54,602 bases of DNA from an uncultured virus (IMG/VR IMGVR_UViG_3300030616_000820). Its lineage: Duplodnaviria; Heunggongvirae; Uroviricota; Caudoviricetes. This document shows positions 9,639-18,714 of the stretch, piece by piece. The stretch is from the IMG/VR virus record IMGVR_UViG_3300030616_000820. One strand, written 5' to 3'. The stretch's first letter is position 1. Each line of letters starts with the position of its first letter. The position numbers and the translations under genes were made by a program. The notes under the pieces were generated by a model. The model worked only from the letters and a program-made list of their open reading frames with translations. It was not told the DNA's origin and made no database searches.

Positions 9639-11982
9639 AAAAATAATATCATTAACAATTGTTATGATACTTTTATTAACAGTAGTAACACAAATTGTTA
9701 TTGCAGTTCAATACTTTCCACCAAGTGCAAACTGGCAGGCTGGGGCAAACACTGGTGCAGGAACATATGGAGAACTTGATGATGATAAAATTTATATCAG
9801 ATGTATAGGTCATGGAGAATACAAATATTATGTAACTAAAAATACAATTCCTTTAAGTCAAGTATCTTTTATAGAAATAGATTGGAAAGGAACTTGGATA
9901 GGTGGGTTAACTGGTAATCTTACATTTGGAATTGCAACAAATCAAATGGATTCTTCATTTGATGATTTTATTTCCCATAATGCTGCTTTTGTTCAACAAA
10001 CAGAATCTTTAGATGTTTCCAGTTATAATGGAAATTATTATCTTAAATTTGGAGGAAATGTTACAGGAGGTGCGATAGATTATCTTTATGGTTGGCTTTA
10101 TAATGTTTCTTACTATAATTATACAGATAGCACAACAAAAGACACAACTGCCATAGAAGAAGAAACTGCAACATTAAATGGTGAATTGGATGAAGATGGT
10201 GACATTGCCTGCACAGTTGGCTTTTTATATAACAACAGTTCAGTTTTAGATATTAATTCTAATAATGTTACAGCAACAAACAGTCCAAGAGTTGAAGGGC
10301 AAACATTCTATGCAGGAGTTTCAGGATTAACACCAGGAGAATATTATTATGTTAAATCTTGGTCAAATAATTCCAATACTTATAATGTTTCTGCAACAAC
10401 TACATATTTTTTAACAAAGCCTAATCCACCAACTTCTTTATCTGCAACTTGTGTTTCTGCAAGAAGCATAACTCTATCTTGGGTTAATTCTACAATAGGT
10501 GATGGTACAAATAGAACAACTCTTATTAGATATAGAACAGATGGAACATATCCAACTTCTATAACTGATGGAACTCTTGCTTGTAATTCAAGTTCAAATA
10601 CATATACATTAAATGCTTTACAAGAAGATACAACATATTATTTTTCAGCTTGGACTTATGTAAATTTCTCAGGTCCAACATTCTTAACTCAATATAGTGA
10701 TGAGGCATATGAAAAATCAGGTTCAACATCTGGTGGGGATTATAACATTTATATAAAATATGAAGACAATCAAACCCTTGTAAGTAATGCAGTAATGGCA
10801 GGATTTAATCATACCTGCGAAGCAAGATTAAGGACTGGCCAAATATTGAATGAAACATTTCCTACAACAAATCCTTTTTGGTTAAATACAACATCAAGTC
10901 CTGATGTTATGTTCTTTGATTTTAAAAACAGAACACTTTGGAGAGCAGTAATGCCAGAAGAAGGACAAAGAAACATAACTTTTTATATATCTATTAGACC
11001 TGAATATGATACAGATATTAATTTGTCTGATTCTCAAATTTATTATACATTTAGTTTTAGTGATATGACTACAAGGTTTGTAGCATCAAATCAATCTAAA
11101 TTATATATTTATAAATATAATGGAACAGCAAAATATTATGTCCATCAAGATTATTGGTCTGCTGCCGATACTGTTGATGTTCCTTTACAATATGGTGACA
11201 GATATTATATTGGTGTTTGGTGTCCAGAATTATATATCCCATTTGTTCAATATTTTGATGCACATTCAACTCAAGATTATGAAATTCAAATTACCCATCC
11301 TGGTAATGTTACTTATATAATTGGCGAATTAATTTATTTCAATTGTTCTTGGGATGGTGGAGGAAATGGGTTATGGGTTAATTATACAGACAAAGTATTA
11401 TCTACAGAAAACTTTACTATAACTATTTATAGAATTTGGAAGAATAATACAACAAGACAATTACAACATGGCCCATTACAATTTTCACTTAACCAAAAAA
11501 ATTATCATTGGACAACGGCAGCAGGATGTAATAATACATTTATTTATGCTATTAAAATAGAGATACAACATTCTTGGTTTTCCACAAATCAAACAATGTA
11601 TTCATATTTGCCTCCTTTATATTCTTCAGTTACAAATCCTGATTGGATTAATGATTGGTTTGACCTTTTATTTGGTGATTCTCCATTTTTTGATGCAGGA
11701 GAAGACCCATCAACAGATTATGCAGATTCGTCAGGAGAATATGTGCCTTGGACACAAGTAGTTGCCTTTGGTGTATGTATGATATTACTTATGACAATAG
11801 GTCATATTAATTGGCCAATAACAATGATTGGTGTTGGTTCTTTACTTATATTTTTAGAAGCATTTTTAGGAGTTGTAGAAACAAGAGGTGCTTCAATTTC
11901 AACAGTTGGTATTTTGGGTGGTGCTCTTTTAGTAATTTTAGGATTTATAATGGCTATTGCAGGAGGAGGACGTAAACAATGA
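9622..11982 (+). CDS. Large membrane-anchored glycoprotein with Fn3-like domains and three C-terminal TM helices (adhesin/spike-like)
   Basis: Signal peptide after GGAGG; GLTPGEYYYVKSW and PNPPTSLSAT...YYFSAW Fn3 signatures; hydrophobic C-terminus. Confidence 0.7.
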   Translation: MMNTTKKIISLTIVMILLLTVVTQIVIAVQYFPPSANWQAGANTGAGTYGELDDDKIYIRCIGHGEYKYYVTKNTIPLSQVSFIEIDWKGTWIGGLTGNLTFGIATNQMDSSFDDFISHNAAFVQQTESLDVSSYNGNYYLKFGGNVTGGAIDYLYGWLYNVSYYNYTDSTTKDTTAIEEETATLNGELDEDGDIACTVGFLYNNSSVLDINSNNVTATNSPRVEGQTFYAGVSGLTPGEYYYVKSWSNNSNTYNVSATTTYFLTKPNPPTSLSATCVSARSITLSWVNSTIGDGTNRTTLIRYRTDGTYPTSITDGTLACNSSSNTYTLNALQEDTTYYFSAWTYVNFSGPTFLTQYSDEAYEKSGSTSGGDYNIYIKYEDNQTLVSNAVMAGFNHTCEARLRTGQILNETFPTTNPFWLNTTSSPDVMFFDFKNRTLWRAVMPEEGQRNITFYISIRPEYDTDINLSDSQIYYTFSFSDMTTRFVASNQSKLYIYKYNGTAKYYVHQDYWSAADTVDVPLQYGDRYYIGVWCPELYIPFVQYFDAHSTQDYEIQITHPGNVTYIIGELIYFNCSWDGGGNGLWVNYTDKVLSTENFTITIYRIWKNNTTRQLQHGPLQFSLNQKNYHWTTAAGCNNTFIYAIKIEIQHSWFSTNQTMYSYLPPLYSSVTNPDWINDWFDLLFGDSPFFDAGEDPSTDYADSSGEYVPWTQVVAFGVCMILLMTIGHINWPITMIGVGSLLIFLEAFLGVVETRGASISTVGILGGALLVILGFIMAIAGGGRKQ

Positions 11983-12407
11983 AGGTAGCACAAATTATGA
12001 TGTTTTTATTAGTTTTAAATGCAGCATTTATTTTATTAAATTTAACAGGAATTTATTTTTATGATGTTCCAAGTGAAGATGAAACAATAAAAGGAATAAA
12101 AATATGGAAAGTAGATGATATTGCAATTTTGGCAGTAATAGACTTTAGTGCTGCAATAGTAACTGGCATTGCTTTAGCAAGATTTGGTGTCAATCCATTT
12201 ACCGTCGCAGCATATACTTCTTTTCTGTTTATGTTCATATTGTTTTATGGTATGTTTGTTAGCATATTATATGGAATGGGAGAGTTAATGGGGGATGCAA
12301 AACTATTGATGACTGGTTTTATAGGAATTCTTACTGTTATTATGACTATTTTAGTATTATATACTTCAATCCAAATGGCTGTTGGAGGTGCAAAATCATA
12401 TGAATGA
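11979..12407 (+). CDS. Multi-TM membrane protein
   Basis: About 4 hydrophobic segments; ATGA overlap with the previous gene. Confidence 0.7.
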   Translation: MKVAQIMMFLLVLNAAFILLNLTGIYFYDVPSEDETIKGIKIWKVDDIAILAVIDFSAAIVTGIALARFGVNPFTVAAYTSFLFMFILFYGMFVSILYGMGELMGDAKLLMTGFIGILTVIMTILVLYTSIQMAVGGAKSYE

Positions 12408-12711
12408 TATTATACAAATAATAATTATGGATTGGATTTCAAATTTAACTTCTAATCCATTTAAAATGGGTTTTGTACCATATACTGGAATGCTTGGTAA
12501 TTGGTTTTTTGCAATGTTTTTTGGATTTATAGGTGGTGCAGTTTATATTGGAACCGGAAATAAAGGTGCATTATTAACTTATTTAATGTTAGTTGGAATA
12601 TTTATGACATTAGTTTTACCATTTTTAATTCTAACAATCTTTGGTTTAATTGTTGGATTTATAATTGCATCAATACTTTATTATGCATTTATACAAAAGG
12701 AGAGTGTTTAA
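12400..12711 (+). CDS. Multi-TM membrane protein
   Basis: GGAGGTG RBS before ATG 12400; about 3 TM helices. Confidence 0.7.
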   Translation: MNDIIQIIIMDWISNLTSNPFKMGFVPYTGMLGNWFFAMFFGFIGGAVYIGTGNKGALLTYLMLVGIFMTLVLPFLILTIFGLIVGFIIASILYYAFIQKESV

Positions 12712-12713
12712 AT

Positions 12714-13802
12714 ATATTACATAAAAAAATCCAAATAACAATTGTTATTTTTTCTTTATTTTTAACCGTTATAAATGTATCTGCAACAGGCAATGGTGGA
12801 AATAATCCACCTTGGGGCGGACCATCTTTTCCTTGGTGTGCTTACTGTTATAATGAATCTTCGGATTGGTGGCAATGGGAAGGATATAATCCATATTTTA
12901 GTAATCCAATACCAGATACTTTCGATGAAGATGTTGAAATTACAGATAAAGGAATTCAAACTTGTATTAATCTAACATTATCAGCAGGTTGTGTGGCTGA
13001 TATTACATTTCAATGGCTTAACACAACTCTTTATTTTGATACTTGGATGGAATGGGTTGATGAACAGAATTGGGATTGGGAAGACTGGGATGTTAATTGG
13101 TCAACAGAGCCAACTTGGGAAAATAACTCTTTTTGGTTTAACTATTCAAATTGGTCTTTTTTAAGTCATTCTCAACAGTTGTGTGAATATAATACAAATT
13201 GGACTTGTCGTACTGAAAACGATTGGGTATCGGTTTGGGATAGTTGGAGAATAATTGCAAATATTACTTGTGGAACGTCATATTATAACGTTACTTGTTA
13301 TTATTGTTTTCAACCAGAACTTTGTCCATTAAGTTATATTTATCCACCATCTCCAAATGGAACAGCTTGTCCATGTTGTGATTCAATGTGTATGAATATA
13401 AGCAATGAAGATGGACATCTTATGAATATAACTATTTATAGAAATGACACTTTAGATGAAAATTTTTATCAAGTTAATAAATATTATTTTATATCAAATG
13501 GCACATACTGTTTCTGTTTAGATGGTCATATTAACGACAGTATTTATTATCCTATGCAATATAATACTATATACCATTGGTATATTAATATAACAGATAC
13601 GGTTACAGACGAAAGTTCAAATAGTAATATATTTAGATTTATGACAGAACCAGACCCAAAATATTGTTTCTGCGGAAATTTAACACAGTATTTAAACCGA
13701 ACAGGGCTTGGAGCACAAAAAGACTATGTAGTTGGTTTAATTGGACTTATGGGTTTATTAGGATTAATAGGTTATTTAGAAGTGAGGAGAAGAAAAAAAT
13801 GA
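12714..13802 (+). CDS. Secreted Cys/Trp-rich glycoprotein with C-terminal Gly-zipper anchor; probable non-AUG start
   Basis: Frame of ORF 12993 is open upstream and encodes a signal peptide (HKKIQITIVIFSLFLTVINVSA) after AAGGAGAG, with ATA at 12714; ends GLIGLMGLLGLIGYLEVRRRKK. Confidence 0.65.
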   Translation: MLHKKIQITIVIFSLFLTVINVSATGNGGNNPPWGGPSFPWCAYCYNESSDWWQWEGYNPYFSNPIPDTFDEDVEITDKGIQTCINLTLSAGCVADITFQWLNTTLYFDTWMEWVDEQNWDWEDWDVNWSTEPTWENNSFWFNYSNWSFLSHSQQLCEYNTNWTCRTENDWVSVWDSWRIIANITCGTSYYNVTCYYCFQPELCPLSYIYPPSPNGTACPCCDSMCMNISNEDGHLMNITIYRNDTLDENFYQVNKYYFISNGTYCFCLDGHINDSIYYPMQYNTIYHWYINITDTVTDESSNSNIFRFMTEPDPKYCFCGNLTQYLNRTGLGAQKDYVVGLIGLMGLLGLIGYLEVRRRKK

Positions 13803-14068
13803 TAGAGAGTTTATTTATTTTAGTTGTAGTAATGGCATTTATTCTTTTGATAGTTGCCCACATGGAACAAAGCATAGCATTTACAATGTTAGACATAATG
13901 CTTTGGTTATTAATTATGGCTTATTCTGCATATGTAGAAGTTCCTTTTAGCACAGAAGATAATATATATACAGAATATGGTTTTTCAGTTGCTTGCCTTA
14001 TGTTTATATTTTTTAATGTATTTCAATTGATATATTTTGTTATTGATTGGAGAACTCAAGATATATAG
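13799..14068 (+). CDS. Three-TM membrane protein
   Basis: ATGA overlap with the previous stop; hydrophobic. Confidence 0.7.
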   Translation: MIESLFILVVVMAFILLIVAHMEQSIAFTMLDIMLWLLIMAYSAYVEVPFSTEDNIYTEYGFSVACLMFIFFNVFQLIYFVIDWRTQDI

Positions 14069-14078
14069 AGGTTAAAAT

Positions 14079-14363
14079 ATGTATAAAGTCAGACTAAAAA
14101 TTCCAAAAGAATATAGAAGTATGATGGAACATTTAGTTACAAAGTTAGAAAAAGATAATGTTGCGTATTGTGGGAATAATGGATTAATCAGGTCTTTTTC
14201 TATACAGGCAAAACAACCAAGAAAAAAAGGTCATATCCTTTTTAGTTGGAATAAAAGATGGAGAAAAAGTGTTGTTACTTTAGCACCTGATATTAAAATA
14301 AAGAAAGATAAATATGGTTTCATAGTAATAGAAAATAAAAGAAACAAAGCTGAATTATTTTAA
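14079..14363 (+). CDS. Basic hypothetical protein
   Basis: GAGGT RBS; 94-aa ORF. Confidence 0.6.
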   Translation: MYKVRLKIPKEYRSMMEHLVTKLEKDNVAYCGNNGLIRSFSIQAKQPRKKGHILFSWNKRWRKSVVTLAPDIKIKKDKYGFIVIENKRNKAELF

Positions 14364-14375
14364 CAACAGATAGAT

Positions 14376-14455
14376 TATATAAAAATTAACAATTTTTTAA
14401 CAGGAAGAGTATATAAAAATTATTTTTCAAACATATTGTTAAGTCTTTAAATACT
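14376..14455 (+). promoter_or_regulatory. Class-B promoter of the MCP operon
   Basis: TATATAAAAATTAACAA (14376), TTAACAGGAA (14397), AAGTCTTTAAATACT with TATA at 14446. Confidence 0.6.
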
Positions 14456-14502
14456 TTCATCAACAATTTTGTGTTAATAAAAATTTGGAGGAATAAGTCA
14501 AA

Positions 14503-14760
14503 ATGAACAAAAAAGGACAAGCAGTTTTGTCGCCAGCAATGATAATGTCAATCGTTGTATCTTTAATTATACTCGCAGTCGGTGTATACGCATTTTTCAC
14601 GACTACAGGCATGATACCATCTAGTTCAAACATAACAACATCAGCTATTAACAATGTTACAGGCACAGGAAATCAAGTATTCAACGTCGTAGGCGTTGTA
14701 TTAGTCATTGGTGCGATAATGTTGATTGTGACTATGGTTTACTCCTATATGAGACCGTAG
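14503..14760 (+). CDS. Putative major capsid protein 1 (spindle-virus-like helical hairpin)
   Basis: 85 aa; two hydrophobic helices joined by a loop with NIT/NVT sequons; strong GGAGG RBS; own promoter; KKGQ N-terminus. Confidence 0.65.
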   Translation: MNKKGQAVLSPAMIMSIVVSLIILAVGVYAFFTTTGMIPSSSNITTSAINNVTGTGNQVFNVVGVVLVIGAIMLIVTMVYSYMRP

Positions 14761-14784
14761 TAGTATTTGGAGGTGAATAAGTTA

Positions 14785-15042
14785 ATGAACCGAAAAGGAC
14801 AAGCAGTGCTTTCGCCAGCCATGATTATGAGCATAGTAGTCTCATTAATCATCTTAGCTGTTGGTGTATATGCATTCTTTACGACAACTGGTATGATACC
14901 AAGTACAAATGCACAGACAGCAAGTGCAATAAACAACACAACTGCTATTGGAAACCAAGTTTTCAATGTGGTTGGAGTTGTGCTAGTAATTGGTGCAATC
15001 ATGCTAATTGTTACAATGGTATATTCATATATGCGTCCATAA
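14785..15042 (+). CDS. Putative major capsid protein 2 (paralogue, 76/85 aa identical to MCP1)
   Basis: GGAGGTGA RBS; differs from MCP1 only at residue 3 and in the loop. Confidence 0.65.
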   Translation: MNRKGQAVLSPAMIMSIVVSLIILAVGVYAFFTTTGMIPSTNAQTASAINNTTAIGNQVFNVVGVVLVIGAIMLIVTMVYSYMRP

Positions 15043-15064
15043 TCGCAAAAATATGAATATATTG

Positions 15065-15090
15065 AGGGGAAATATCCCCTTTTTTCTTTT
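15065..15090 (+). terminator. Stem-loop plus T-tract after the MCP pair
   Basis: AGGGGA-aata-TCCCCT followed by TTTTTCTTTT. Confidence 0.65.
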
Positions 15091-15129
15091 CATTGGCTTT
15101 TTTTGAACTTATTCTGAATAAATAGGAGA

Positions 15130-15438
15130 TTGAAAATAATGGATGAAAATATGCCAAAAATAGTAGCAGCAATTTCAGTTGTTTTAATTGTTTTTGTTGT
15201 TGGAGTTTTTATGTTTATGACTGTTTTAACACCAACTACTGTGGAAAAACAAGTTACTCAAACTTTTGGAGTTTCTGACCCAACAGCCAACCAACTTTGT
15301 AGGTTAAGTTATACACCACAAAGTGGAAGCGTTACAGTACAACAATATAATGGAATTGGATGGGTAAGTGTTTCTTCAACATATGTAAGTGTAAGTTCTA
15401 ATTGGGTTACTGTTAATGCTGCAGGATTGGATGGTTAA
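15130..15438 (+). CDS. Small membrane-anchored protein (N-terminal TM plus beta-rich domain)
   Basis: Hydrophobic N-terminal helix; S/T/V-rich ectodomain. Confidence 0.65.
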   Translation: MKIMDENMPKIVAAISVVLIVFVVGVFMFMTVLTPTTVEKQVTQTFGVSDPTANQLCRLSYTPQSGSVTVQQYNGIGWVSVSSTYVSVSSNWVTVNAAGLDG

Positions 15439-15459
15439 AATAATTTTGGAGGACTTTAA

Positions 15460-17157
15460 ATGTCTAAAAAAATGAGAAAACTTTTAGAAAATATTAAATC
15501 AAAACAGACTATAATAGGTTCTGTCATTTTAGTTATAGTTCTTTGTATTTCTGCAACTGCTGTAATGACAAATCCTATACCAATAAAGGCTGATAATAAC
15601 GAAGGATATGAAACACAAGATTATGAAACGCAAGCAAGTGCATCAGATTTTAATTACAGTAAAAGTGTAACTATTGACCATAACCAAATAGATAGTGATT
15701 TATGTGCATTTCCAGTTTTAATAAATATTACTGATGATTCAAATTTATTTGCTAATTGTGTTAATGATTCTGGTTATGACATTGCATTTTTCGATTCAAC
15801 AAATACGACTCAATTTGCTCATGAAATAGAATATTGGAACTGGGATGATGGTAATTCATCAGTTGATGCATATATTTGGGTTAATGTAAGTGAAATTAGT
15901 TCTTCATCAGACACAATATTCTATATGTATTATGGATATGATAATACAAACCAACAAGATATTACAGGCGTTTGGAACACATCGGTTTTTGCAATGGTTC
16001 ATCATTTTAATGAAACAAGTGGGACTAGGTATGACAGTACTTCAAATAATTATGATAGTGATGTAGAAAATGAAGATAATTATGATGATGGGTTTATTGG
16101 TAAATGTGATAGATGGATTAGGTCTAATAATGATTATATGCAAATACCAAATCCACCGACACCTGAAAACTTTACATTTAGTTTAATGATTAAAGGAATT
16201 AACAATGGAGCGGATTCACCAACATATAGAACTATTTATATGATTGATAATGACAAAGACCCTAACCTTATTTATTCTGTAAGTCTTGATGATTTTTTTG
16301 GTAATTTATATTCTGCTCCTGGTATTGCTAAAGTTAGACTTGAAGGTGTTTCACAAACTAATCTTGAAAATTATTGGTATTATCTTTCCTTCAGAAACAA
16401 TTGGAGTGGAGAGCATAGAGGAATGATAGTGTATAATAGTAGTGACGGTGCTTGTATAGCAAATAATTGGTCTTCACAAGGTAATTATACAAGTGGTGGA
16501 GGAGCAAACATGTGGATTGGTGCCATGGATGATGAAGGAGTTACTAGAGAGTTTGATGGTCTTTTTGATGAAATTAGAATTTATATTGTATCCGTATCTG
16601 ATGCATGGTTAAAGGCTGAAAAAAATACATATATCAATTGTACAGATGGTAATTTTTTTACTTTAGGAACTCAACAAAAACAAGGAGATATTTCAGTATA
16701 TTCAATTAAAGGACTTCATAATAATCGTATAACGTGGGCTGGCACAGGCGGTAATACTGTATATTGTAATGCATCAGGGAATTATCATGAATGGCTTGAA
16801 ATCAACATGTCGATTAATTCAACAGATAATATTACAGGCATAAGAATTTGGGTAGGAGACCTTAATGATACTTCAGCTTGGATTAATGCTTCAAATATAA
16901 CTTTATATGTTTCTTCGGATAATTCATCATATGCATCATTAGGTTCATTTACTGATGGTGGCTCAAATATATCAATAAATTCATCTACTTGGCCGGGTGG
17001 AGCAGGAACAAATCCATTTTTAAGTGAAGGACTTAAAGATAAAAATGCATCTATTTGGTGTGTGTTTAAATTGGATATTCCTTCATCTTCACCGACAGAT
17101 TATTTTTATGCATCTGCGTCTGACGCTTGGAAAATATATCTTGGGTATTATGGTTAA
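15460..17157 (+). CDS. Secreted DUF2341 plus LamG/concanavalin-like glycoprotein
   Basis: FPVLINI...GYDIAF...HEIEYW...WVNV...FYMYYG (DUF2341-like); FDGLFDEIRIY...SDAW (LamG-like). Confidence 0.75.
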   Translation: MSKKMRKLLENIKSKQTIIGSVILVIVLCISATAVMTNPIPIKADNNEGYETQDYETQASASDFNYSKSVTIDHNQIDSDLCAFPVLINITDDSNLFANCVNDSGYDIAFFDSTNTTQFAHEIEYWNWDDGNSSVDAYIWVNVSEISSSSDTIFYMYYGYDNTNQQDITGVWNTSVFAMVHHFNETSGTRYDSTSNNYDSDVENEDNYDDGFIGKCDRWIRSNNDYMQIPNPPTPENFTFSLMIKGINNGADSPTYRTIYMIDNDKDPNLIYSVSLDDFFGNLYSAPGIAKVRLEGVSQTNLENYWYYLSFRNNWSGEHRGMIVYNSSDGACIANNWSSQGNYTSGGGANMWIGAMDDEGVTREFDGLFDEIRIYIVSVSDAWLKAEKNTYINCTDGNFFTLGTQQKQGDISVYSIKGLHNNRITWAGTGGNTVYCNASGNYHEWLEINMSINSTDNITGIRIWVGDLNDTSAWINASNITLYVSSDNSSYASLGSFTDGGSNISINSSTWPGGAGTNPFLSEGLKDKNASIWCVFKLDIPSSSPTDYFYASASDAWKIYLGYYG

Positions 17158-17175
17158 ATAAAAAATTGGTGTAAT

Positions 17176-18714
17176 ATGAAAAGAGCATATATAATATCTC
17201 TAATTATCCTTCTTTTTTTAGCATCATTATCTACGATAGTAAGTAGTAATAGTCAATATGTAAGTGATGCTGCTAGTAGTAGTGGACAATTTAGATATGA
17301 TTTATCGTATTATAATGGAAAATTATATGCTTGTTTTCATGCAGCAAGTGATTACGACCCTTATTTTATTATATATAATGGAACTAATTGGACAAGTCGA
17401 CAAAAGGTAGGGGAAGCAACTCAAGCTGACCCACATGCAAGGCCTACTCTTGCAGTAGGGGATGATGGTAGGATACATTTAACTTGGGGTGGGCATGATG
17501 ATGCTTGTAAATATATTTATAGTGACGATAATGGCACAACTTGGTCAGGCGAAACCACGTATTGTGATGCAGGGGATTATCGACATTTTTCAGTATTTAG
17601 TAATGGAGATATTAAAATTACATATCAGGGTGATGGGTCTGATTTAAAAATGGTTTGGAGTGATGATAATGGGGAGACTTGGGACTCAGAGGTTACATTA
17701 ACAGATTTTGGGGGTTCAGTTAAGACTTATTGTGAAATACCAGCTGGACCTATTGGGGAATCAGGAAGTCAAATAAATTGGTTTACAGCATGTGCTTATA
17801 GGGGATGGAGTGGACCAACCACACCTACTCATTATTATGAAGATTTATGTGTTTTATATTTTAATCAATCTGATGAACATGTATATAGTTATGATGGAAT
17901 AGACCTTGGGACAACAGCAGATGCAACTGAGCTTATGAATAATTGTTTAGTTAATGGTTCTGGTTCTCATAGAGTTAGAGAATGTCTTGTTGATAATTAT
18001 GATGCAGTTTGTATTATTGATGAATCAAACATAGAAAATTCGGCAGCTAAACTTTATTTTTATAGATATAATGGAACAGCTTGGTCAACAAATCTTGTTC
18101 AGGATTTTGGTGCAGATATGACAATGATACCAACTTTAAGAGTTACAGATAATAATACTTTTTATGTTTATGGTGATTTTGAGATACATGAAGCAGATGG
18201 GGTTGAAGTATATGCAAGTTATGACAATGGTTCAACTTGGAATTATATTGAAAATATATGTAATTCAACATTAACAGATATGAACGTAAGAGCTTTTACA
18301 GTAGAAAATCAATTTGAAAATGTATATTTATCACTATTAGATTTTAAAGAAGCATATGATACACCAACAAATATGTGGGCTTATGGTGATTTAGGTTTTA
18401 TAGTTAATGGAACTTCTATTCAAGGAGGAGAAATAGAATTTATTTCTATAAATGGTGCATCAAATAATACGGAAATACATAATTCTACTCAAACAGTAAA
18501 TTGGACTGTCGTTTCTGATGCATTACAATATCATTTAGAGATAGATAATAATGCTGACTTTTCTTCCCCTGAAATAAACTATACAGACATAAATCAATGG
18601 AACTATCCATCTGCTTGTAACATAAATGAAACAAGGGTGTCATTTACTTTACCTGATGGTCTTAACGATTATAATATTTATTATATGAGGGTGAGAGCAT
18701 TAATAAAAGATTAA
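17176..18714 (+). CDS. Secreted BNR/Asp-box beta-propeller (sialidase-like) protein with C-terminal Fn3-like module
   Basis: Asp-boxes YSDDNGTTW, WSDDNGETW, ASYDNGSTW; DPHARPTLAVGDDGRIHLTWGGH. Confidence 0.75.
   Translation: MKRAYIISLIILLFLASLSTIVSSNSQYVSDAASSSGQFRYDLSYYNGKLYACFHAASDYDPYFIIYNGTNWTSRQKVGEATQADPHARPTLAVGDDGRIHLTWGGHDDACKYIYSDDNGTTWSGETTYCDAGDYRHFSVFSNGDIKITYQGDGSDLKMVWSDDNGETWDSEVTLTDFGGSVKTYCEIPAGPIGESGSQINWFTACAYRGWSGPTTPTHYYEDLCVLYFNQSDEHVYSYDGIDLGTTADATELMNNCLVNGSGSHRVRECLVDNYDAVCIIDESNIENSAAKLYFYRYNGTAWSTNLVQDFGADMTMIPTLRVTDNNTFYVYGDFEIHEADGVEVYASYDNGSTWNYIENICNSTLTDMNVRAFTVENQFENVYLSLLDFKEAYDTPTNMWAYGDLGFIVNGTSIQGGEIEFISINGASNNTEIHNSTQTVNWTVVSDALQYHLEIDNNADFSSPEINYTDINQWNYPSACNINETRVSFTLPDGLNDYNIYYMRVRALIKD

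Noticed and set aside
12775..12975. 66-aa + strand ORF
   Set aside because: Overlaps the upstream extension of the 12993 frame, which encodes a convincing signal peptide and domain
14503..15042. Diversity-generating retroelement TR/VR pair
   Set aside because: Differences are mostly synonymous and not adenine-specific, both copies are intact genes, and no reverse transcriptase is present
14503..15438. Cellular type IV pilin/archaellin operon
   Set aside because: The 85-aa proteins have a second C-terminal TM helix rather than a globular head, and no PilB/FlaI ATPase or TadC/FlaJ platform is recognisable
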